Part shown: positions 49,473 through 59,659 of the stretch, in pieces | How the letters are laid out: the number at the start of each line of letters is the position of its first letter | Numbering within the stretch: the stretch's first letter is position 1 | From: an uncultured Gemmataceae bacterium | GTDB taxonomy: Bacteria; Planctomycetota; Planctomycetia; Gemmatales; Gemmataceae | DNA length: 64,000 nt | Assembly: GCA_963750165.1 (NCBI GenBank) | Contig: CAVVPN010000011.1 | Span: 1,632,001 to 1,696,000 of the forward strand | Direction of reading: 5' to 3' | Position numbers and translations under genes: made by a program | The notes under the pieces: generated by a model | What the model saw: the letters and a program-made list of their open reading frames with translations, nothing else | The model's database searches: none | What the model was told of the DNA's origin: nothing

Positions 49473-49656
49473 GTGACGGTTATCCTATCCGTCACGCAAC
49501 GGGCGCGGCTGCTGCAAACCAACCGCGCCTTCCTGTGAGTTTGAAACCGTTCCGAGGGGGGGACGGTTTTAAGCTGCCAAGCTGCCGAAGGGATGGACGG
49601 GACCCGTAAGTAAGCTTGGTATCTGGGCCCCCGCAAGGGGGCCCAGATTATTTTTT
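49473..49656 (+). ncRNA. Candidate 185-nt structured sRNA or riboswitch-like leader ending in a terminator
   Basis: Three hairpins plus ATCTGGGCCCCC-GCAA-GGGGGCCCAGAT and a T-run. Confidence 0.5.
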
Positions 49657-49846
49657 GCGCGGAACTTTTCTTCCACTCCGGGGTTCGTAAAGGATAAGAA
49701 TAAGTGTGGTAGTCTTCCAACCAAAATCACACCTTATACCGAAACCCACCACAACCGCCCGGCCTGCCTGAATAACCTGCCTTGCCGCGAACGCTTTTGT
49801 CGCCACCCACCCCGAACCGTCGCTCCGAAAGCGCCTGAACCACGAC

Positions 49847-50605
49847 ATGCACACGCTCTCTCTATCCCGCTCCCAGCCTGGTCGGACGGCCCGCGGTCTG
49901 AGCGTTCTGGCCGTCACCTTCCTGGCGTTCAGCACCCTGGATTTTCTCCTGACCTGGTGCCTGCTGGGGACACCGGGCGGTGGCGTCTACGAGGCCAACC
50001 CGATCGCCGCTCGCCTGCTGACCGCGTTCGGGTGGCTGGGGCTGGCCGCGTACAAGGTCGCCTGCCTGTCCGTGGTGCTGGGCGCGGTGGCGACGCTGCG
50101 CCTGTGGCGGCCAGCGATCGCCCGGCGCGTTTTGGTTCTGGGCTGCGTCGTGCTGGGGGGGGTGGTCGGTTACAGCGCTGTCCTGCTGCACGAGACGAGC
50201 CCCAACCGCGAGGAGCGCATCCTGCTGGAGCACGAACGGGCGCGGTCCCGGAATCTCCGCGAGGAATTTGAAAAGTCGCAACTGTTCATCCAGAAAACGA
50301 ACGACCTGGCCGAGGCGATGGCCTGTCACGGCCTGCCGCTCGACCAGGCGGTCACCCAGCTGAAGGGTTACCTGGCGACCATTGAATACGACCCGCTGCC
50401 CCTGCTGCGGAAATTCACCCGCCTGGAGAACGACCAGGCGGCGCTGGCCGCCAAGCTGGTGCGCCACGTGGGCTTCGTCGTCCAGGAGAACCCGAACCTG
50501 CCCGTGACACCCCTGCCGCAGTTGGCCAGCGCATTCGAGCACCAGTTCCAGTGTCAGCTGCCGCATTTCGCCGTGGAAACCTACATCCCTGACAGCGACC
50601 TGTAG
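49847..50605 (+). CDS. DUF5658-like membrane protein
   Basis: STLDFLLT...YEANPIA...WLGLAAYK. Confidence 0.75.
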   Translation: MHTLSLSRSQPGRTARGLSVLAVTFLAFSTLDFLLTWCLLGTPGGGVYEANPIAARLLTAFGWLGLAAYKVACLSVVLGAVATLRLWRPAIARRVLVLGCVVLGGVVGYSAVLLHETSPNREERILLEHERARSRNLREEFEKSQLFIQKTNDLAEAMACHGLPLDQAVTQLKGYLATIEYDPLPLLRKFTRLENDQAALAAKLVRHVGFVVQENPNLPVTPLPQLASAFEHQFQCQLPHFAVETYIPDSDL

Positions 50606-51029
50606 CCCCCCACGGCCTTGAGGGCGCGCGCCACAGTCGCGGCGGCATCAGCACGAGCGCCAGCAGCACCAGCACCGCGAAGCTGGCGTAGCCAGCAACG
50701 AAGATCCACACCTGGTCGCCCACGTCGTAGAACAGGATGCCCTGCAGCCAGCGCATGGCCGGCGCGGTGGCGTCGCCGAACCGGTTCGCCGGATCGGCCA
50801 GCTTCCGCAAATCCCACTCCCACGTCGTCAGCGGACAGGTGACGCCGAGCGCCGCCTGCATCGCGATGTAGCAGATCAACGCCAGGTGTCCCAGGCGGAA
50901 CCACGGGTTGCGCACCCAGCGCCAACCGCACAGGCCGCCCAGCACAATCACCAGCAGCCCGACAATCAAGAACGCCATCAGACCGACGTGTACCGTCAGT
51001 ACCACGTCGGCCAGTCTTTCGTAAAACAT
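50415..51029 (-). CDS. DUF2784 family membrane protein (3' end uncertain, possibly near 50581)
   Basis: LADVVLTVH, WRWVRNPWFRLGHL, CPLTTWEWDLR. Confidence 0.8.
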   Translation of the reverse strand: MFYERLADVVLTVHVGLMAFLIVGLLVIVLGGLCGWRWVRNPWFRLGHLALICYIAMQAALGVTCPLTTWEWDLRKLADPANRFGDATAPAMRWLQGILFYDVGDQVWIFVAGYASFAVLVLLALVLMPPRLWRAPSRPWGATGRCQGCRFPRRNAAADTGTGARMRWPTAAGVSRAGSGSPGRRSPRGAPAWRPAPPGRSPGG

Positions 51030-51240
51030 GAACCACTCCGAGGATGAGCGCGGCGCGCACCCCGACTGCAGGAAGGAGCCCCCCTTCCCTTCGTCCTGCG
51101 GCCGTGCATTGGACCGGTATTGTTTAGAGAGGAAATGTCGCGCAAAGGGTTCAGCTGATATGGCCAAACCTCGAAAACGAAATGGCCCCTCTTCTCCTGT
51201 TGATGAGAGCCGGGGCCGGTGTGATTTATTCCCGCGTCCG

Positions 51241-51951
51241 TCAGCGGAAGTCGTGCCATTCGCCGTCGGAATCGAGGAGCTGGTTGGGAGTGAACTGCGC
51301 CTTGTACGCCATCGTCTGGGCGCCGACCACGTAATAGCCGAGGTAAACGTGCGGCAGGCCGCGGGCGGCGGCGGCGGCGAGCAGGTTGAGCACGTTCCAG
51401 GTGCCCAGCGAGCGGTGCCGCAGTTCCGGCTCGTAAAAGAAGTAGATGGCGGACAGGCCAGCCGGCAGGTCGTCCACGTAGCCAACCGCGATCAGCCGAC
51501 CGCCGAGGTAATAGCACCACTCCTGCGTCGGGAAGGGGTTGTCCACGAACGACTGGGCGTAGCCGGCGGCGTCCTTGGCGGGGTGCAGCGGCCAGCCCTT
51601 GGCGTCGGCCTGGAAGGCGTGGTAGCGGTCGTACAGCATTAGCTTGGCCCGCGTCACGGCCGGAGCGCCGACGCGGACTTCCACCTGGCCCGCGTTGGTT
51701 CGGGCGGCGCGACGCTGACTGCGGTCGGGCCGGAAGCGCTCGACTTGGACGCGCAGGGATCGGCAGGCGTTGCATTGCCGGCAGCGCGGCCGGAACAGCA
51801 TCGCTCCGAAGCGGCGCCAGCCAGCGGTCAGGCGTTCCTGGTATTCCGCCGCCGTCTGGTCGCTGACCAGCTCGTACTCCATGCTCCAGCGCTGGCCCGG
51901 CAGGTAGCCGCAGGGGCTGGGCTCGGCGACGAAATGGAGCACGGATTCCAT
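51241..51951 (-). CDS. Arginyl-tRNA-protein transferase-like (Bpt/Ate)
   Basis: PCGYLP, GWRRFG, RPRC..C..C, RSQRR, SLGTWNVL, YLGYYV, MAYK. Confidence 0.92.
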   Translation of the reverse strand: MESVLHFVAEPSPCGYLPGQRWSMEYELVSDQTAAEYQERLTAGWRRFGAMLFRPRCRQCNACRSLRVQVERFRPDRSQRRAARTNAGQVEVRVGAPAVTRAKLMLYDRYHAFQADAKGWPLHPAKDAAGYAQSFVDNPFPTQEWCYYLGGRLIAVGYVDDLPAGLSAIYFFYEPELRHRSLGTWNVLNLLAAAAARGLPHVYLGYYVVGAQTMAYKAQFTPNQLLDSDGEWHDFR

Positions 51952-51965
51952 GAGGCTTTGCCTCC

Positions 51966-52041
51966 AGAAGTCAGAAGTCAGTCCGTCTTTTCTGCCGCTT
52001 GCGGTTTAGCGTTAATCTCTGACCTCTGACTTCTGACTTCT
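51966..52041. repeat. Inverted heptamer arrays (AGAAGTC / GACTTCT) enclosing a CCGCTTGCGG REP-like core
   Basis: AGAAGTCAGAAGTCAG...GCCGCTTGCGGTTTAGCG...CTGACCTCTGACTTCTGACTTCT. Confidence 0.7.
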
Positions 52042-52990
52042 ACTCGAACAACATACTGACCGACTCATTGAAATGGATGCGCTTGATGGCGTCGGCCAGC
52101 AGCGGCGCGACGCTCAGCACCTTGATACGCGGCAGTTGCTTTTCGGGTGTCAGCGGGATGCTGTCGGAGATGATGACCTGCTTGATCGGCGAGTCGCGCA
52201 GCCGGTCGATGGCCGGGCCGCACAGGACGCCGTGCGTGGCGCAGGCGTAGATCTCGCGAGCGCCGTTGACGCGGGCGACGTTGGCGGCGCCGATGATGCT
52301 GCCGGCGGTCGAGATCATGTCGTCGAAGATGACCGCGACCTTGCCCTCCAGCGAACTGCCGATCAGGTTGGCCTGCTTGGTATCGACGGCACTGCTGCGG
52401 CGCTTGTCCACGATGGCGATGGCACCGCTGAGCCGCTTCTGGTAGAGCAGGCTCTTCTTGATACTGCCCTCGTCGGGGGCGAGCACCACGAAGTCGCGCG
52501 GCGAGATGTTCAGGCTGCGGACGTATTCGCTGATGACCGGGTTGGCGTGCAGGTGATCGACGGGGATGTCGAAGAAGCCCTGCAACTGGGCGGCGTGCAG
52601 GTCGAGGGCGAGCACCCGGCTGGCGCCCGCGGCGGTGATCAGATCCGCGACCAGCTTGGCGGTGATGGGCACACGGCCGACATCCTTGCGGTCCTGGCGG
52701 GCGTAGCCGTAGTACGGCAGCACTGCGGTGACGCGGGCGGCGCTGGCGCGTTTGAGGCTGTCCAGGATGATGAGCAGCTCCATCAGGTTTTCGTTGACCG
52801 GCGGGCAGGTCGGCTGCACGACGAACACGTCGCGGCCGCGCACATCTTCGTCGATCTTGCACCAGGTTTCGCCGTCCGGGAAGTTCTGCAGCGTGATCTT
52901 GCCGAGCGGATCGCCCAGACAGCCGGCGATCTTCTCGGCCAGGGGCACGTTGGCTCGACCGCTGAACACCTTCAAAATGTTGTTGTTCAT
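52040..52990 (-). CDS. prs: Ribose-phosphate pyrophosphokinase
   Basis: FPDGE, PYYGYARQDRK, DLHAAQLQGFFD, DDMISTAGS. Confidence 0.97.
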   Translation of the reverse strand: MNNNILKVFSGRANVPLAEKIAGCLGDPLGKITLQNFPDGETWCKIDEDVRGRDVFVVQPTCPPVNENLMELLIILDSLKRASAARVTAVLPYYGYARQDRKDVGRVPITAKLVADLITAAGASRVLALDLHAAQLQGFFDIPVDHLHANPVISEYVRSLNISPRDFVVLAPDEGSIKKSLLYQKRLSGAIAIVDKRRSSAVDTKQANLIGSSLEGKVAVIFDDMISTAGSIIGAANVARVNGAREIYACATHGVLCGPAIDRLRDSPIKQVIISDSIPLTPEKQLPRIKVLSVAPLLADAIKRIHFNESVSMLFE

Positions 52991-52992
52991 TT

Positions 52993-53090
52993 GTCCGTGG
53001 TCCGTGGTCCGTGGTCCGTGGCCATTGGCATTTTACGCCATCTTCTTCTCCACCTGCAACCTACTTCACAACGGACCACCGACCACGGAC
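52993..53090. repeat. GTCCGTG heptamer array with inverted partner; same unit at 61047-61068
   Basis: (GTCCGTG)x4 ... CGGACCACCGACCACGGAC. Confidence 0.7.
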
Positions 53091-53094
53091 AAAG

Positions 53095-54273
53095 TTATCC
53101 CATCACCCCATAGGCATACGGCGTCTTGACGGGATCGTTCTCCTCAAAGCGCGTCAGCCGCAGCGGGCGGATGTCCAGTGTGGACGCCTGACCGTCGAGC
53201 ACCAGTTCCGCCATGAGTTGGCCGACAACCGGCGACAGCTTGAAGCCGTGGCCGCTGAAGCCGACGGCGCAGTAGCCGCCCTCCAGGCCCGGCAGCCGGT
53301 CGAGGATCGGGTGCCAGTCTGGCGTGATGCCGTACAGCGCCCCAAAGCCGCCGCGGCCGTAACTGCGGTGCATGGCCGGGTAGCGCCGGCTCAGGCGCTG
53401 ACGGATGGTCGGCAGCCAGTCGCCGTCCGCGGCCTCGTTGTAGTTGTCGGGGTCCACCGGGTCCTGCACTTCCTCACCCGCCAGGCTGCCGGCGTGGATG
53501 ATGTCGCCGTGCGTCGGCTTGAAATAGATGCCCTGCACAAAGTCGCCGTAGACGGCACAGCGGCGGCCGAAGTCCGCTGGCCGGCGGTACAGCGCCACCT
53601 GCGTGCGGCACGCCTGCACCGGCAGCTTGAAGCCCGCGTCCTTCGCCAGCTGGGCGGCCCACGGCCCGGTGGCCAGGATGACGCGGCCGCTGTGGTAGCG
53701 GCCCTCGTTGGTGTCCACGCCGACGACGCGATTACCTTCGACCAGCAGCCGCTGCACCTCGACGCCCTGGCGGATGTCGGCGGCCTCGTGGCGAGCGGCC
53801 TCGGCGAAGGACGCGACCACCTGCACCGCTTCGACGAAGCCGGCCTCGGACTCGAACGCTGCCAGTTCGTCCTCTGCCAGACGGGCATTGGGGTCGATCT
53901 CCAGCAACTCCTGGCCGGAGAGCAGGCGCACGTCGATACCCAACTCGCGCTGCAGAGCGATGTTGGCCTGCAGGCCGGCACGGTCGCGCTCGTTGACGAC
54001 GATGACCATGCCGGTGTGCGTAAACACAGGCGGACCGCCGATCAGGTCGGAGAAGTGCTCGAAGACGCGCAGGCTCTTCTGGGCCATGGCCGCGGTCAGG
54101 CGGTTGGAGTAGTGCTGGCGGACGATGGCCCCGGACTTGCCGCTGGAGCCGGCGCCGAGGAAGCACTTTTCCAGCAGGATGACGCGGCCGGCGTGCCGCC
54201 GCGCCAGCGCGTGGGCAATGCTGGCGCCGATGACGCCGCCGCCGACGATGAGGAAATCACAGGTGACCGCCAT
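53095..54273 (-). CDS. FAD-dependent oxidoreductase (DAO / sarcosine oxidase beta-like)
   Basis: IVGGGVIG, GSSGKSG, ATGPW, TPDWHPIL, GFSGHGFK. Confidence 0.92.
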   Translation of the reverse strand: MAVTCDFLIVGGGVIGASIAHALARRHAGRVILLEKCFLGAGSSGKSGAIVRQHYSNRLTAAMAQKSLRVFEHFSDLIGGPPVFTHTGMVIVVNERDRAGLQANIALQRELGIDVRLLSGQELLEIDPNARLAEDELAAFESEAGFVEAVQVVASFAEAARHEAADIRQGVEVQRLLVEGNRVVGVDTNEGRYHSGRVILATGPWAAQLAKDAGFKLPVQACRTQVALYRRPADFGRRCAVYGDFVQGIYFKPTHGDIIHAGSLAGEEVQDPVDPDNYNEAADGDWLPTIRQRLSRRYPAMHRSYGRGGFGALYGITPDWHPILDRLPGLEGGYCAVGFSGHGFKLSPVVGQLMAELVLDGQASTLDIRPLRLTRFEENDPVKTPYAYGVMG

Positions 54274-54324
54274 GCAACCACTCCTCCGCCCCGCCGTGAA
54301 GGTCAGGAAGTGATTGTAAACGAA

Positions 54325-54464
54325 TTTAGCCACAGAGGACACCGAGAACACCGAGAGAGGAAAAGAGAACAAGTTGGACCATCCGCGCCCCCACGCGAAG
54401 GCTGGGATGCTGCCACCCGTTCTCGCTTTCTCTCTCGGTGTTCTCGGTGTCCTCTGTGGCTAAA
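54325..54464. repeat. Long palindromic element
   Basis: TTTAGCCACAGAGGACACCGAGAACACCGAGAGAG...CTCTCTCGGTGTTCTCGGTGTCCTCTGTGGCTAAA. Confidence 0.85.
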
Positions 54465-54584
54465 GCGGATTGCGGTTGGGTGTAGCGGTCTGGGGTAGGT
54501 GCCGCGAGCCGAGCGGCACCCGCTGGGGGTCCGGCTCGGCTCGCCGGACCTACTACCCGCTACACGCACCTGCAAACCGCGCTA
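54461..54584. mobile_element. MITE-like shell, copy 4, with a different GTAG-type REP doublet
   Basis: TAAAGCGGATTGCGGTTGGGTGTAGCGG...CCGCTACACGCACCTGCAAACCGCGCTA enclosing GTAGGTGCCGCGAGCCGAGCGGCAC...CCGGACCTAC. Confidence 0.7.
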
Positions 54585-54597
54585 ATTCCCAGTCCTC

Positions 54598-54972
54598 TTA
54601 CGCCGCCCGCGGCATGGTGAACTGCGCCTGCACCGGCTGTTCCAGCAGATACCACAGGTCGGTGCCCATCGCCCGAAGCAGCGGCGCCAGGGCGCTGGTC
54701 ATCAGTTGCACGCGCGACAGGTGTGACCAGTTCAGGCAGGTCTGGTTCCACAGCACACGCACCGCGTAGGCGTCGGCGCCGCGGCGGACGATGCGGATGC
54801 TGAAATGTTCCGGTGGTGGTCCGATCAGGCACAGGTTCTCCGGCAGATACCAGCGCCGCTCCGCCTCGCCGGGGGCGCTGGCGTCCCAGCGCAGGCTCAT
54901 GGCCGGCACATGCGGCTCGAAACTGGTGTCTACGTAACACTGGGTAATTTCCGGCGCTGGTAGTGAGTGCAT
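54598..54972 (-). CDS. Hypothetical protein
   Basis: GGAGAAGG SD before ATG 54972; ordinary composition. Confidence 0.65.
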   Translation of the reverse strand: MHSLPAPEITQCYVDTSFEPHVPAMSLRWDASAPGEAERRWYLPENLCLIGPPPEHFSIRIVRRGADAYAVRVLWNQTCLNWSHLSRVQLMTSALAPLLRAMGTDLWYLLEQPVQAQFTMPRAA

Positions 54973-55243
54973 CGCCCTTCTCCCGGGACTGACGGCCTCC
55001 CGCGCCGTCCGATTGGTCCCGGGGATATGCGGTCGGCGGCCCATCCTGTCAAGGGCAGGCTGTTCGTTTCTTCCTCCCGTTTGGTGGGACTCCCGGACGG
55101 CGCGGCGTTCTGGGTTGTGGGTGGGGAGTCTGCGCGTCCCCTGGGGTTGTCAGGGGGTCTGTGAGATGAGACGAGACGAAAGCCTTCCCTGGCACCTACC
55201 TCTATCATACGGCCCAGCCCGCTCCCGGGGAACGACACTGGCG

Positions 55244-56778
55244 TCAGCCCTGGCGCATCCGCGCCTCGACCTGGGTGCGCAGGCGGACGAAGGCGTTGGC
55301 GCAGGTGGGGTCGAAGTGCGTACCGGCGTGGGCCACGATTTCGCCGAACGCCACGTCCACCGACAACGCCCGCCGATAGGGTCGGTCCGAGGTCATGGCG
55401 TCGAAGGCGTCGGCCACCGCCACCACCCGCGCTGTCTGGGCGATCTGCTCGCGGGCCAGGCCATCCGGGTAGCCGCGGCCGTCCCAGCGTTCGTGATGGT
55501 TGCGTACGATCGGGATCACCGGCGCCAGCGCGGCCACCGACTGCAGGATGTTGGCGCCCAGCACCGTGTGCTGCTTCATGCGCTCGAACTCCGCCTCGGT
55601 CAGCCGATCCGCCTTGCGCAGGATGGCGTCGTCGATGCCGATCTTGCCGATGTCGTGCAGCGGGGCGCCGATCTCGATGTGGTAGCGATCCGCCGGCGCC
55701 AGCCGCAGCGCGTCGGCCAGCAGCAGCGAATAATCGGTCACGCGGAGGGTGTGTTCGCCGGTGTACGAGTCGCGGATGTCCACGGTGTGCGCCAGGGCGG
55801 TCACCGTCTGCAGGAACTGGTTGCGCTCCTGCTCGACCAGCTGGGCGCTCTCGATGCCGACCGCCACGGTTGCGGCCAGGGCGTCGGCCAGGTAGAAGTC
55901 GGACTCGTCGAACGGGTCCTGGAACGGGCCGCGGTCCAGCTGCAGCACGCCGACCTGGCGGCGCGGCGAACGCAACGGGCGCAGATGATCGAGGCCATGG
56001 CGCCGCGCTGAACGCTCTGGGCGCCGCGCAGGTCCTGCTCGGTGTTGGCGTCGCGGCACAGGATCGATTCGCCGGACTTGAAGCAGCGTTCGGCCAGGGT
56101 CTGGCTGTGGGTGCGGGTGTTGCTGCGGTTCAGGCCGGGGGCCAGGGACACGATGAGTTTGAGCACTCCGGTCGTGGGGTCCGCCAGCAGGATCGAGCCG
56201 CGTTGCGCCTGCACCGCCTTGATGGCGTCGGTCAGGATGGAGCGCAGCAGTTCATCGAGCGAGGCGATGCGGCCGACGTGGAAGCCGGTGCGCAGCAGCG
56301 TCAGCAGGTGATGGGTGTTGGTCGGCCGCGACTGGTCAAGGGTGACGATTTCCAGGGCCTCTTCCCAGGTGCGCTGGGCCTTGGCCTGGACCTTCATGAA
56401 CACGCCGCTGGCGCGGATGTGGTCGGGGTGCGGCCCCTCAGCGGACGGCGGCGGGGTCAACTCCGGGATTTCGAGGGTGGCGACCTTGAGCGTCATACTG
56501 CCGCACTGCAACAGGTCATTGGGCCGCAACTGCTGGTCGGTGCGGCCGACGCGGACGCCGTTGACCAGCGTCGCGTAGCGCTCCTGGTTGGCCAGGTCGC
56601 GCACCACCCAGCGCGGGCCGGTGGCGACCACCTCGGCGTGCTGACGAAAAACAGACGGGTCATCCAGGAAGATGTCGGCGCTGGCCTGCCGGCCGATGCG
56701 CAGCACGCTCTCGGATTCCCACTGCAAGCCGTTCACCTTGGGACTGACGCCGGCCAGCACGATGCGAGGCTGTGCCAT
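55244..56778 (-). CDS. FHA-GAF-HD-GYP phosphodiesterase (frameshift near 55979)
   Basis: IGR...DPSVFRQHA...TLVNG (FHA), GAF region, LHDIGK, HHERWDGRGYPDGL, DRPYR. Confidence 0.9.
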
Positions 56779-56916
56779 ACTACCACGATCCCTTCCGGGG
56801 AGGGGGGGACATTTCAGGGGCACACCGAGAAACTATAGCTCACGGCCCCTTCGCCTCCAAATGGGGTGCGCACTTTCTGGCCCGTCCTGAATCCCCACAG
56901 CGCTCGGGCTCCGACT

Positions 56917-57915
56917 TCAGCACCAGCGCTGCTTGTCCACGACGTTGCGCAGCGGTTGGCCGGCGACGAAGCGGCGCAGGTTGTCCAGCAGCGTTTCCAG
57001 ATGCCGCTCCGGCACGCGCGTCGAGGCGGCGGCGCAGTGCGGCGTCAGGATGACGTTCTCCATGCTCCAGAGTGGGTGTCCCGACGGCAGCGGTTCGACC
57101 TCGAACACATCAAGGCCGGCGCCGGCGATCTCGCCCGCCTGCAGCGCCGCCGTCAGGTCCGCCAGATCGACGATGACGCCGCGGCCAACGTTGATGAGGA
57201 AGGCGGTGCGCTTCATGCGCCGCAGCCGGTCGCGGTTGAAGAGCTTGTACGTTTCCGGCGTGTGCGGCGCGGCGATCACCACGAAATCGCTTGCAGCCAG
57301 CAACTCGTCCAGGCGGTCGGGCCGCCACAGGGTCACGCCCGGCGGTGCCGCCCCGGCCGTCGGATCGACGCCGAGCACACGCATGCCGAACGCCAGGCCG
57401 CGGCGGGCCGTCTCGGCGCCGATGCCGCCCAGGCCGACGACGCCGAGCGTGCAGTCGGCCAGGGTGATGGCTTCGCGGTCGGACGGATCGATCTCGCCGG
57501 GGCCGCCGTAACCCGGCAGCGCGTTCTCCGGCTTGCCGAGCATCCGCCAGAGGCCGCGCTGCTGTTGACGGATGTAAATGTGAAAATTCTTTGCGAAGCA
57601 CAGGATGAAGCCGAACACGTGGTCCGCGATCACGTCGCTGAAGATGCCGCGCATATTGGTGACGACGACCGGCGCCGCGACCAGTTCGGGGAAGAGGTAC
57701 TTTTCCATGCTGGCGGTCGGCGCCTGGACCCAGCGCAACCGCGGGGCGGCGCGGAGCAGGGCCGGCGTCAGGTAGCCGAACAGGGCGTCGGCGTCGGCGC
57801 TGGCGGCGACCGCGGCGGCCTCATCGGCGGCTTGCACGACCGCCATCGGCGCGGCGGCGCCGCGGATTTTCTCCAGGCGGTGCTCGGAAACAGTGGGGTG
57901 GATGACGAGTTTCAT
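56917..57915 (-). CDS. D-2-hydroxyacid dehydrogenase
   Basis: GLGGIG, PHTPET, INVGRG, LDVFEVEPL, LTPH. Confidence 0.93.
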   Translation of the reverse strand: MKLVIHPTVSEHRLEKIRGAAAPMAVVQAADEAAAVAASADADALFGYLTPALLRAAPRLRWVQAPTASMEKYLFPELVAAPVVVTNMRGIFSDVIADHVFGFILCFAKNFHIYIRQQQRGLWRMLGKPENALPGYGGPGEIDPSDREAITLADCTLGVVGLGGIGAETARRGLAFGMRVLGVDPTAGAAPPGVTLWRPDRLDELLAASDFVVIAAPHTPETYKLFNRDRLRRMKRTAFLINVGRGVIVDLADLTAALQAGEIAGAGLDVFEVEPLPSGHPLWSMENVILTPHCAAASTRVPERHLETLLDNLRRFVAGQPLRNVVDKQRWC

Positions 57916-58065
57916 GGTCGGCAGTCGGTCCTGGGGTTGGGGCGACAACGATTGTGGTAGCGGTTTTGGAAGCCGCTGGCGAGCAATCCGCCGATCCGCG
58001 CTCGCCGTCGAATGGATGGAATGGTAACATGATGGCCAATCAATCCGCCGCTGGGGGACCGATCC

Positions 58066-59439
58066 ATGCCTGAGAAAGAACTGCTGGCCGGGGCCGCGAC
58101 CGCGGTCATCACGCCGAACCTGGGCGTGTCCGTGTGCGGCTCCATGCAGGACCGCCGCGCCGAGAACATCCACGACGACCTGACCGCCCGCGCCCTGGTG
58201 CTCGACAACGGCGAGACGCGCATCGCCCTGGTGCTGCTCGATCTGATCGCCGCCCGCAAGGAGTGGCTCGGCGAGATCAAGCATTTAATCCACGGCTACA
58301 CCAAGATTCCCCTGTCGAACATCCTCATTAGCTGCACGCACACGCACAGTGCCGTGACGCCGGTGGACGTGTTCCAGAGCAACACCGACACTACATACCT
58401 GAAGTGGGCGGCACCGCGCGTGGCGGACTGCGTGCGCGTGGCGGTGCGGCGGCTGCAGCCGGCGCGGATCGGCTGGGCCATCGGCCGTGAGGACCGCGTC
58501 GTCTTCAACCGCCGCTACTTCATGACCGACCAGAAGCTGCCAAGCCCGTTCCCCGGCCAGACGGATCGCGTGCGCATGAACCCGAGCGTCGGCAACAAGA
58601 ACATCGTCCGTCCCGCCGGTCCCATCGACCCGGACGTGGCGGTGCTCGCGGTGCAGAAGGCCAGCAACCCCGATGGTCAGCCGCTGGCCCTGTACGCCAG
58701 CTACGCCCTGCACTACGTCGGCGGCAACCCAGGCACTGACGTTTCGGCGGACTACTTTGGCGTCGTGGCGGACCTGCTGCACGAGAAGCTGGGGGCGCCG
58801 CGCCGCGACCCAACACAGCCCTTCGTCGGCATGCTGGCCAACGCCTGTTTCGGCGACATCAACAACATCGACGTGCGCCGCACCACACCACAGCCGTACA
58901 TCTATCACCAGATGTTCCAGGTCGCTGACATCGTGGCCGAGGCCATCGCGACGGCGTTTCGCGGCATCCGCTACCGGCCGTGGGTGCCGCTGCGGGCACT
59001 GGAGCAGTCGCTGGACCTGGCAGTGCGCAAGCCGACGGAGAAGGAAGTGCAGGCGGCGCGCGAGATTCTGCAGCGGGCGCCGCAGGGACCGCTGCGGACG
59101 TTGCCGGAGATTTACGCCCGTGAGACGGTGCAGCTGGCGGAGTGGAAGCCGCGCTTCCAGACGCCGGTGCAGTCGTTCCGCATTGGCGATCTGGGCCTGG
59201 TAGCGCTGCCGGGCGAACCGTTCTGCCAGACGGGCCTGAACATCAAGGCCAAGAGCCCGTTCAAGCAGACGATGCTGGTCGGCATGGCCAACGACTACGC
59301 CGGCTACCTGCCGACAGAGGAGCAGCACGCGCTGGGCGGTTACGAGACGTGGCGGGCCAAGTCCAGTTTCCTGGAGGTTAAGGCGGCGTCGGTGATTCAG
59401 GACGCGGCCCTGGGGCTGCTGGGCAAAGTGGTGAAGTGA
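58066..59439 (+). CDS. Neutral/alkaline ceramidase-like N-terminal domain protein
   Basis: IHDDLTARALVL, SCTHTHS, ISADY-like motif, LPGEPF, ANDYAGYLPT, GGYE. Confidence 0.8.
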   Translation: MPEKELLAGAATAVITPNLGVSVCGSMQDRRAENIHDDLTARALVLDNGETRIALVLLDLIAARKEWLGEIKHLIHGYTKIPLSNILISCTHTHSAVTPVDVFQSNTDTTYLKWAAPRVADCVRVAVRRLQPARIGWAIGREDRVVFNRRYFMTDQKLPSPFPGQTDRVRMNPSVGNKNIVRPAGPIDPDVAVLAVQKASNPDGQPLALYASYALHYVGGNPGTDVSADYFGVVADLLHEKLGAPRRDPTQPFVGMLANACFGDINNIDVRRTTPQPYIYHQMFQVADIVAEAIATAFRGIRYRPWVPLRALEQSLDLAVRKPTEKEVQAAREILQRAPQGPLRTLPEIYARETVQLAEWKPRFQTPVQSFRIGDLGLVALPGEPFCQTGLNIKAKSPFKQTMLVGMANDYAGYLPTEEQHALGGYETWRAKSSFLEVKAASVIQDAALGLLGKVVK

Positions 59440-59659
59440 CTTCCGAGTTTGGCTCCTTTGCACGCAGGTCGATGAAGGCTTCGGAGACTATTCAAGCGAC
59501 TCCGGTTGTAGACTTTGCGGATTTTGGCGTGCGTTACTTGCTATTTGGCTGCCGGGTGGTTACGTTCTCCGGCAATGTGGATGCTCTACCGCGGGAAATC
59601 ATTCCCAAAGACCCCCAGCCGGATCTACCGTAGGGGTAATTTCCGATGAGGAAGACGCC

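Noticed and set aside
49473..49600. Firm call as a c-di-GMP-I riboswitch
   Set aside because: The 5' GGCAAA...GACGCAAAG core is absent. Kept only as an unidentified RNA candidate.
50415..50605. Genuine 190-bp convergent gene overlap
   Set aside because: The tail is low-complexity and probably results from an indel near 50625.
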